From a virus: DNA of 64,000 nucleotides. Numbering within the stretch: the first letter of the stretch is position 1; each line of letters begins with the position of its first letter. The stretch is taken from positions 9,629-73,628 of IMG/VR virus record IMGVR_UViG_3300028844_004552. One strand, given 5' to 3'. The translations under genes were made by a program, and so were the position numbers. Below, in pieces: positions 57,895 through 64,000 of the stretch. A model generated the notes under the pieces. That model worked only from the letters and a program-made list of their open reading frames with translations. It was not told the origin of the DNA and ran no database searches.

Positions 57895-57999
57895 GGGGAG
57901 ATAGTATAAGAGAGAATACTATTTCATAGAGAACCTCCTTCTTTATGAAATATTCGAGTACGACTTCGGTAAGTCAAGGTTCAAGTCCTAGTCTCCCCA
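57895..57999 (+). ncRNA. tRNA-like RNA with 13-bp anticodon-position hairpin and CCTCC loop
   Basis: GGGGAGA/TCTCCCC-A acceptor, GTAT/ATAC D-arm, GG-TTCAAGT-CC T-arm; no canonical anticodon loop. Confidence 0.75.
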
Positions 58000-58004
58000 C
58001 TAAA

Positions 58005-58058
58005 AGAAAGGATTCAGCAATTAACTTTTTTCAAAAAAAAAAAAACAGTCCCTTTCTG
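58005..58058 (+). ncRNA. Candidate minimal Y-RNA-like ncRNA D
   Basis: agaaagg/cctttct-g stem, attcagcaa motif, U/A homopolymer loop. Confidence 0.55.
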
Positions 58059-58067
58059 ACAACATTA

Positions 58068-58163
58068 CGTTGAAGTATTTAAATGATTTCAGCGAATCAT
58101 ACTCCACCTATCGTCATGGTAACGATAGCTAATAGTGTAAGTCTATTGTGGGGTACTTTAGCG
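58068..58163 (+). ncRNA. Structured RNA: outer stem enclosing a mini-tRNA-like module (YrlA-like layout)
   Basis: cgttgaagta/tactttagcg stem; inner actccac/gtggggt, ctatcgt/acgatag hairpin and aatag-TGTAAGT-ctatt T-arm-like hairpin. Confidence 0.55.
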
Positions 58164-58202
58164 GTTAGCACTATACGATACCGAGGGATAGGAAGTGCAA
58201 AT

Positions 58203-58252
58203 GGGAGTATAAGATGTAAGTCTTATTGGTAGAGCGATACTATCTACTCCCA
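58203..58252 (+). ncRNA. 50-nt mini-tRNA-like RNA
   Basis: GGGAGTA/TACTCCC-A acceptor-like stem, one hairpin, then 5-bp arm with 7-nt loop AGCGATA. Confidence 0.6.
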
Positions 58253-58257
58253 CATAT

Positions 58258-58330
58258 TGCGGGGTGGAGCAGTTGGTAGCTCGCAAGGCTCATAACCTTG
58301 AGGTCGTCCGTTCGAGTCGGGCTCCCGCTA
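58258..58330 (+). tRNA. tRNA-Met(CAT), initiator type
   Basis: Full cloverleaf, loop CTCATAA, 1:72 mismatch (T:T), A11:T24 pair; CCA not encoded. Confidence 0.93.
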
Positions 58331-58335
58331 CAAAT

Positions 58336-58384
58336 GGAGATGCATGCATTAGGCATGATTAAGGAGCAATATCTTACATCTCCA
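58336..58384 (+). ncRNA. 49-nt mini-tRNA-like RNA
   Basis: GGAGATG/CATCTCC-A stem, catgc/gcatg hairpin, 5-bp arm with 7-nt loop AGCAATA. Confidence 0.6.
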
Positions 58385-58391
58385 CTAAACG

Positions 58392-58424
58392 AGGGGAAGC
58401 GAAAGCTTCCCCTTAGATTTTTTT
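58392..58424 (+). terminator. GNRA hairpin/terminator
   Basis: aggggaagc-gaaa-gcttcccct then T-tract after a short spacer. Confidence 0.65.
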
Positions 58425-58429
58425 GGTAC

Positions 58430-58489
58430 TGGGTTATGAATCAAAATGACAGATGTGGTTGAAACGATAGTCCACGATATCATAACCCA
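58430..58489 (+). ncRNA. Unassigned hairpin RNA
   Basis: 10-bp stem tgggttatga/tcataaccca with internal gtgg/ccac hairpin. Confidence 0.4.
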
Positions 58490-58628
58490 ACAATTTTTTA
58501 CCATTTTTTGTATAAAAATAGGACACACTCGTTGCCCGATTAGGGTGATAGAGATACTTAAACGCTAACCCTTGACGGTTGGCGTTCTTAGTTTTGCACC
58601 GTATTATATTTTTTAGTATATTTGCATC

Positions 58629-59267
58629 ATGAATAGAAAATTTTTGATACTAGGGAATATGCGACATGGTAAGGATACGTTCGCAGAATTGATGGGTGAA
58701 TATTACGGGCTTAAATTCCAATCATCATCACAAGCAGCTGCTGACATATTCATTTACGATACACTTAAAGACAAGTACAACTATTCAACACCAGCAGAGT
58801 GTTTCGAAGACCGAGAGGGTCATAGGCAAGAATGGTATGAGTTAATCCTTGATTATAACAAGGATGACCGAGCAAGACTAGCTAAGGGGATTCTTGAACG
58901 TGCGGATTGTTATGTTGGTATGAGAGACCATGGGGAGATTACTGAATGTATGAATCAAGGACTATTCGACCTAATTATTTGGGTTGACGCATCTGGAAGA
59001 CTTCCACTCGAACCATCCACCTCCTTCAACATTGATATGAGTTGTGCTGATATAATTATTGAGAACAATGGAACTCTAGATGAGTTTAAGGGTAAGGTTA
59101 AAAGGATTGGAAGTATTCTAATGAATCACGAACCAACAACCATTAATGAGACTGATTTTTGTAATTGTGAATACCCTAAGCCCAATGTAATGGTATTGGA
59201 TAATGAGAAGTTTATAATCTGTATTGGGTGTAATAAAGAAATTATTGCAAGTTTAGAAAAAAAGTAG
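58629..59267 (+). CDS. Deoxynucleoside monophosphate kinase-like P-loop protein
   Basis: LILGNMRHGKDT, VGMR...E, IIWVD, ADIIIENNGTL; C-terminal Cys pairs. Confidence 0.75.
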   Translation: MNRKFLILGNMRHGKDTFAELMGEYYGLKFQSSSQAAADIFIYDTLKDKYNYSTPAECFEDREGHRQEWYELILDYNKDDRARLAKGILERADCYVGMRDHGEITECMNQGLFDLIIWVDASGRLPLEPSTSFNIDMSCADIIIENNGTLDEFKGKVKRIGSILMNHEPTTINETDFCNCEYPKPNVMVLDNEKFIICIGCNKEIIASLEKK

Positions 59268-59302
59268 TATATTTGTATGTATATATAAATAAACAAATTG
59301 TT

Positions 59303-59515
59303 ATGAAAATCATTATTACATTATTTCTACTAATGTCTTTTTCAAGCCTTGCCAATGATGGTATTGTTGCTGAGAAGACAAGTTATAGTATTGAAGCTTC
59401 TTATGGACCTGGTTACCCAGGCGGTAAGAAAAATAAAAAGAAGGGTCGAAAAGGTAAACGAGCAAATAAGAAAAGAAATAAGATGTGTAGAAAGATGCAT
59501 CGTAATCGAGGATAA
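59303..59515 (+). CDS. Small secreted protein with very basic tail
   Basis: Signal peptide MKIIITLFLLMSFSSLA, K/R-rich C-terminus; tagtatatttg upstream. Confidence 0.55.
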   Translation: MKIIITLFLLMSFSSLANDGIVAEKTSYSIEASYGPGYPGGKKNKKKGRKGKRANKKRNKMCRKMHRNRG

Positions 59516-59556
59516 GCTCATTATTAAAAAAAAAATAAAAAAAAACATAAATATAC

Positions 59557-59587
59557 TTGACACGAGGAAATAAATGTAGTATATTTG
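59557..59587 (+). promoter_or_regulatory. Promoter of large ncRNA (TTGACA-N14-TAGTATATTTG), followed by UUCG hairpin and boxA-like GTTCTTTAA at 59618
   Basis: Same leader layout as tmRNA. Confidence 0.85.
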
Positions 59588-59632
59588 TGCAACGATTCTT
59601 CGGAATCATTAAAACAAGTTCTTTAATTTTAT

Positions 59633-60107
59633 GGGGGCATGTTTATGGGCACATGAACATGACAATTATGCTCGAATAATCACTACCTACAGGGGTGATA
59701 AGAGATGACGTTCCTATGGTGGGATTCTGATGGCAAACTGCTTAAGAATGGACAGGGTAGATGTTAGATGATACAGGCGAAGCTTCCTTTGGGAGTTAGT
59801 AGTTGAGTCAAGCAAATATTCCTAACAGTCGGTCCAACGTTAGTACATTTGAAAGGCAAAGCTAGATGTAATTATCTACTTGTAGCCTCATTTACTGGTA
59901 AATACATAAATCCAGTCTTGTAGCCTAATAACCTTTGATTAGTGGGTTAAGGCAATGCATAAGGTAGGAATACCGCTTCGAGAGTCTAATGACGGAGAAG
60001 AATCTAGGCTACCGCTTAGATATGTGTGTAATGAGGTAGAAAACGGTTCGAATCCGAATTAATCCAAATGCTAGAGGTGTTAAGAAGATTCCTTTTAATT
60101 TCCCCCA
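59633..60107 (+). ncRNA. Large (~475 nt) structured ncRNA of unknown family
   Basis: No ORF >=60 aa, more GC-rich than flanks, GGGGG/CCCCC-A ends, internal cgg-TTCGAAT-ccg, long-range complements, own promoter and terminator. Confidence 0.75.
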
Positions 60108-60155
60108 CTATGTTCACGTATTACTGTGAACTGTATTAAAGTTGTTTTTTTTAAG

Positions 60156-60186
60156 AAGCCCTACCTTTACTGGTGGGGCTTTTTTT
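60156..60186 (+). terminator. Rho-independent terminator
   Basis: aagccctacc-tttact-ggtggggctt plus T-tract. Confidence 0.85.
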
Positions 60187-60209
60187 ATTTATATGAAGTA
60201 TTTATTAGT

Positions 60210-60677
60210 ATGAAATTAATGTCTTTATATGAGGATGCAATGAATGAACTTATCTTTGATTATGATGAGGATGAAGACGGGGTAACTATAAGTGCTATCA
60301 AAAATAGAGAAACACTTGGTAAGATAGTTATAGTAATGATATTCGATGCTTATAGAGAATTTGAGGACGCTATAGAAGACCCAGACATAGATTTTGATGA
60401 TAATGATTACAATAAATTGTTCCCCAACGATAGATTTACTAAGATAGAACATTTAGATGTTGAAGATAAAGCTAAGGGTACTGGAATTGGAAAGGCACTT
60501 ATGCAGAAAAGCATTGCATATGCTAGAAGTGAGGGTGATAACATAATGTACTTGAATGCGTCACCAATGGGATTCAAAGGGCTTAGAATAAATGACCTTG
60601 TAGGTTTCTATAAATCATTTGGTTTCCAAACACTTATAGACTCTGGTCACAATGTTGAAATGTTTATGAACATATGA
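60210..60677 (+). CDS. GNAT-family acetyltransferase
   Basis: IEHLDVEDKAKGTGIGKALM, YLNASP, LVGFYKSFGF. Confidence 0.88.
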   Translation: MKLMSLYEDAMNELIFDYDEDEDGVTISAIKNRETLGKIVIVMIFDAYREFEDAIEDPDIDFDDNDYNKLFPNDRFTKIEHLDVEDKAKGTGIGKALMQKSIAYARSEGDNIMYLNASPMGFKGLRINDLVGFYKSFGFQTLIDSGHNVEMFMNI

Positions 60678-61432
60678 AAGAATTTATTAGAAATAGAATT
60701 AGAGAATCATTAATTGAGGAACGCCTTATGGATGTTACTGATGATGTGGATTTCATTTATGATACTTATTTTAAAAAGGATTATGAGGAAATTGATAAAA
60801 CTGGAATTATCACGGATGATATGTTTAAGAAAACACTGATTAATACATCAACATTAAAATCACCCTTAGCAGTAAAAGCAGACAAACTTAATCTTTGTAT
60901 TATACTTATTAATGAGGGTGGAGGTAATTTCTATGCCCCAACAGAACATGTAATATCTATTGGTCCAAACACAAGTGCTATAAGTTTTATAAAGGATAAT
61001 GGTGGGTCAATAAAATCTGCCGCTAGTTATTTACCAGATAATCAACTTAGTAATTTTATGAATGAGTTTAGCTCATCATCAATAAAAGGTAGTATCCACC
61101 ATGAATTGGTACATTGGATTGATGACACGTTACATAATAAACATATTAATAAACGAATAGAAAGGGCTAGTGAAAGAGGTATAACCAAAAAAGGCATACC
61201 AATAAATGCGGATAAAATGGAAATCCAATCACAAATTCACAATATAGTACAATTAAAACGTAAGTATGGTGAGATTTGGGATTCATTAACATTTGAGGAC
61301 ATGATAAAATACTCACCAGCACTAAACACAATGACTAGTACTTTCAGTGTTGAGGTTAAGAATCGATGGGTTAGGGATATTAAGACAAGAATGTATCGTG
61401 AAGGGTTGTTGGGTAAAAATATGAGGAATTAA
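60674..61432 (+). CDS. HEXXH zincin-like metallopeptidase with basic N-terminal leader
   Basis: SIHHELVHWID and downstream E (MEIQSQ); leader MKEFIRNRIRESLIEE. Confidence 0.7.
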   Translation: MKEFIRNRIRESLIEERLMDVTDDVDFIYDTYFKKDYEEIDKTGIITDDMFKKTLINTSTLKSPLAVKADKLNLCIILINEGGGNFYAPTEHVISIGPNTSAISFIKDNGGSIKSAASYLPDNQLSNFMNEFSSSSIKGSIHHELVHWIDDTLHNKHINKRIERASERGITKKGIPINADKMEIQSQIHNIVQLKRKYGEIWDSLTFEDMIKYSPALNTMTSTFSVEVKNRWVRDIKTRMYREGLLGKNMRN

Positions 61433-61502
61433 TTTGGATACTAAGATTTAAATGACTATATTTGTTATGATGAAAGAATTTATTAGAAATAGAATTAGAG
61501 AA
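60674..61502 (+). repeat. 33-bp exact direct repeat at two gene starts (60674-60706, 61470-61502)
   Basis: atgaaagaatttattagaaatagaattagagaa = MKEFIRNRIRE. Confidence 0.92.
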
Positions 61503-62627
61503 GGACTTATCACGGAGAACCGAGTTAAGTTTAACCTTACAATACCAAGTGATATACTTGAGATTAAAGACGTGTTTGTTAAAAACGGTTTTAAATTGTA
61601 TGTTGTTGGTGGTGCTGTAAGAGATGCCCTTTTAGGTAAAACACCTAAGGATTGGGACCTCGCAACTGATGCTAACCCAGACCAAGTGGAAGCTATAATG
61701 GCGAAGGGTGGTTTCAAGACTATCCCAACTGGTAAGGCATTCGGAGTAATCAATGTATTCAGTGATACTGATGAATATGAAATCGCAACATTCAGAAAAG
61801 ATATAGGTTCTGGTAGAAGACCAGATGCAGTTGAGTTTACGACTATTGACCAAGATGTTAAGAGACGTGACCTTACAATCAATGCACTTTTCTTTGATAT
61901 AAATACAAATGAGATAGTTGACCTTGTAGGTGGTATCTCAGACCTTAAGAAAGGTATTGTGAGAACTGTTGGCGCACCAGAGGAAAGATTTGAAGAAGAT
62001 AGACTTAGAATCCTTAGAGCAATTAGATTTGCTGGTAGATTTGGTAGTGAATTGGAACCAAACGTTGATGCGGCACTTAAGAAGGATGCTAGTCTTGATG
62101 GTATTAGTCCAGAGAGAATCAGAGATGAATTCTTAAAGGGTGTTAAGACAACAAAGACAATCAACCAATTCTTAGGGTTATTAGATAAGTACAACTTATT
62201 CAATGATGTATTCAAGGGATTAAGTGTATCTAAGAACTTCTTAGAAGAAAGAGACCCAATTGTGCTACTTGCTTGGTTACTTAAGGATAACGACCCACAT
62301 AAGTTAGGTAAGGTACTTAATAAGTTGACTTACTCAAGTACTGAGGTTAAGGCTATCACATTCTTGGTTGCATTACAACAATTCAATAACCCAGAGGATG
62401 TATTTGTATTCAAGAAGCAACAAGTTAACGCTGGGTTATCAGATGAACAAATAAGAAAGTTCGGTAGATTTATCAACTTAGATTCTAAGATGCTTGACGC
62501 ATTTATAGACTTTAGATTGAGTGTAACTGGTGCTGATGCTCAAAAAGAGTTAGGTGTGGAAGCTGGACCAGAAATGGGTAAAGCAATAAAACAACTTGAA
62601 ACGGAGAAGTTTAAGGCAATGTTATAG
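61470..62627 (+). CDS. cca: tRNA nucleotidyltransferase (class II CCA-adding enzyme/poly(A) polymerase family)
   Basis: YVVGGAVRDALLG..PKDWDLATDA, EIATFR, DVKRRDLTINALF, RFEEDRLRILRAIRF, ISPERIRDEF. Confidence 0.92.
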   Translation: MKEFIRNRIREGLITENRVKFNLTIPSDILEIKDVFVKNGFKLYVVGGAVRDALLGKTPKDWDLATDANPDQVEAIMAKGGFKTIPTGKAFGVINVFSDTDEYEIATFRKDIGSGRRPDAVEFTTIDQDVKRRDLTINALFFDINTNEIVDLVGGISDLKKGIVRTVGAPEERFEEDRLRILRAIRFAGRFGSELEPNVDAALKKDASLDGISPERIRDEFLKGVKTTKTINQFLGLLDKYNLFNDVFKGLSVSKNFLEERDPIVLLAWLLKDNDPHKLGKVLNKLTYSSTEVKAITFLVALQQFNNPEDVFVFKKQQVNAGLSDEQIRKFGRFINLDSKMLDAFIDFRLSVTGADAQKELGVEAGPEMGKAIKQLETEKFKAML

Positions 62628-62638
62628 TATTTATAAAC

Positions 62639-63211
62639 ATGAGACGATTCGATAAAGACAAACATATTAAGAAGGCTAACCTTTTAGCTGAATCAAGACA
62701 TTTAGAATCTAAGGGTGTTATAACGGAAGATGAAGGAAAGGTCTATACTGATGAACGAAGTGGGAAAACATATTCAAGTGATGAGGTTGATATTTGGATT
62801 CATAATTATAAATATGGTAATATGTCTAAGGAGCAGAAAATCGCCTACAAAGGCTTTTTTAATCATCTTGGGGTAAAACCTAACCAACTTAAAAAAACAA
62901 GTACGTGGCTTTCAATTGATAAACCAAAAGTAGATGTGGCACTTGCACAAATGGACGCACCCATTGAATGGAAAAATGCCATTATGTTTATAGAGAAAGT
63001 TATCTCATCTGCCAGTGCCGCTAAATATAGAGGTGTTAGTACTCAAACACTTTACAGAAAATTTGGTGATAAAATTCATGAACCAATGAATTTTGTTGGA
63101 AATCCACGTTATGTTGGATATGATGAAAATAAAAATGGTGAATTGTGGAAAGAATATTGCAATTTAAGAGGTTGGGCTGTTAGTTTTGACTTTGGGGATA
63201 TATTAGCTTAA
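62639..63211 (+). CDS. Hypothetical protein with shared N-terminal leader
   Basis: MRRFDKDKHIKKANLLAESRHLESKG leader; gtatttata upstream. Confidence 0.75.
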   Translation: MRRFDKDKHIKKANLLAESRHLESKGVITEDEGKVYTDERSGKTYSSDEVDIWIHNYKYGNMSKEQKIAYKGFFNHLGVKPNQLKKTSTWLSIDKPKVDVALAQMDAPIEWKNAIMFIEKVISSASAAKYRGVSTQTLYRKFGDKIHEPMNFVGNPRYVGYDENKNGELWKEYCNLRGWAVSFDFGDILA

Positions 63212-63293
63212 TACTATGAGACGATTCGATAAAGACAAACATATTAAGAAGGCTAACCTTTTAGCTGAATCAAGACATTTAGAATCTAAGGGT
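62639..63293 (+). repeat. 78-bp exact direct repeat at two gene starts (62639-62716, 63216-63293)
   Basis: atgagacgattcgataaagac...gaatctaagggt identical in both. Confidence 0.95.
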
Positions 63294-63653
63294 ATTGTAT
63301 CGGAAGACGTTGAAGTGGTTTATGAGTCTAATGAAAATAAAACTGATGTAAGTAGTATAATGGATGCTCTTAATAAATGTGAAGCTGGAGAGTTTGATTT
63401 ATTTGGTGATGAAAAAATAATGTATATTTTTACAAACCCACCACCCGTTAAATATAGTAAAGCTATAGGTGTAAAGTATCTTATAAATTTTTTAACTCGA
63501 ACTATAACCATGATTAATATCCGAGAAGACGGAGATTATCCATCTAAAGAGAGGGTTTTTTCTAGAGCTTTTGGTGGTGAACTAAGAGTTACACCAGAAG
63601 AAAATGATAAATTCAAGAAATCTGTTATGAATATCTTGAAAAAATCAATTTAA
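63216..63653 (+). CDS. Hypothetical protein with shared N-terminal leader
   Basis: Same 26-aa leader, unrelated body. Confidence 0.75.
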   Translation: MRRFDKDKHIKKANLLAESRHLESKGIVSEDVEVVYESNENKTDVSSIMDALNKCEAGEFDLFGDEKIMYIFTNPPPVKYSKAIGVKYLINFLTRTITMINIREDGDYPSKERVFSRAFGGELRVTPEENDKFKKSVMNILKKSI

Positions 63654-63691
63654 TAAGAGAAATGCAATATTTATAATAAAAGAGTTTAATC

Positions 63692-64000
63692 ATGAGAAGT
63701 AAGAAATTTTATAACAACGCAGATAGAGCTAAATTAAGAGCTAATACACATAAAGCAATATTTGAGAGCTTCACAAACACGTTCAATAAGATTAAGAGAA
63801 TCAATGAGGATGGTGTAAGTAGCCTAGCTTCAAATGATGCATCATCAGCTAAGATAGTTGGCTGGCACAATCAATCACCAACTGTAAGGTTTATTAGTAA
63901 CCAAGATGGTACTGAGCGTGTTGTTACATTCGAAGATAAGGAAGATGTGACTGGTGAGGATACATTCGTAGGTACTGACCAAAATGGTGAGCAATGGAGT
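63692..64000 (+). CDS. Hypothetical protein, 3' truncated by window
   Basis: Open from ATG 63692 to window end; basic leader ending KIKRINE; atatttata upstream. Confidence 0.7.
   Translation, partial: MRSKKFYNNADRAKLRANTHKAIFESFTNTFNKIKRINEDGVSSLASNDASSAKIVGWHNQSPTVRFISNQDGTERVVTFEDKEDVTGEDTFVGTDQNGEQWS

Noticed and set aside
57895-57999. Functional tRNA-Glu(CTC) or suppressor for the TGA at 21019
   Set aside because: 13-bp stem with 5-nt loop, no U33/R37, and no TCA anticodon at the apex
58026-58045. T6-C-A13 homopolymer as a phase-variation or frameshift site
   Set aside because: Non-coding, inside the loop of candidate ncRNA D; homopolymer length may also be a sequencing artefact
58430-58489. 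SRP (4.5S) RNA
   Set aside because: Lacks the conserved CAGG...GGAA...AGCA domain IV motif
59633-60107. Large RNA as RNase P RNA, second tmRNA, or group I intron-containing tRNA
   Set aside because: No GAGGAAAGUCC or terminal P4 partner, no G3.U70 or tag context, no group I P7 signature seen, and the T-loop is about 45 nt from the 3' CCCCC rather than adjacent
60674-63293. Direct repeats as IS ends or a diversity-generating retroelement TR/VR pair
   Set aside because: Repeats are exact, start at ATG codons, show no adenine-specific mismatches, and no transposase or reverse transcriptase is in the window
1-64000. Alternative genetic code (TGA or TAG recoding)
   Set aside because: ORFs tile the window under code 11; TGA and TAG end genes at natural boundaries; only one internal TGA seen

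Overview
AT-rich, almost entirely + strand segment of a large (jumbo-type) T4-like myophage genome. The host is most likely a Bacteroidota (Flavobacteriia-like) species, judged from repeated TAnnTTTG promoters, A-rich leaders without Shine-Dalgarno sites, SprB-like repeats, an Hc1-family gene and a lipoprotein. Gene order: 3' end of a class II ribonucleotide reductase (1-0.8 kb); baseplate/tail-fibre module (0.9-24.2 kb); replication/recombination genes (RuvC-like, primase, PD-(D/E)XK nuclease, SbcD/SbcC) and a sigma-70-family factor (24.3-34.1 kb); lysis, membrane and acidic head-like proteins (34-46 kb); RNase HII, a DUF2828/Ro60-like vWA protein, DnaJ and ClpP (46.8-55.6 kb); an RNA island (56.3-60.1 kb); then GNAT, HEXXH peptidase, CCA-adding enzyme and proteins sharing duplicated N-terminal leaders. 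The RNA island holds tmRNA, tRNA-iMet, several tRNA-like and Y-RNA-like RNAs and a ~475-nt structured RNA. The main candidate new system is the Ro60-like protein plus a family of WC[A/T/G]GCAA...CTG stem RNAs, mini-tRNAs and a tRNA scaffold displaying an anti-SD loop. All four units use one conserved promoter architecture, and none of the tRNA-like 3' ends encodes CCA. Three gene lesions are visible: a 5-bp duplication frameshift at 16932-16941, an in-frame TGA at 21019, and an apparent in-frame deletion in the sigma factor. All family calls come from motif recognition by eye, not database searches.
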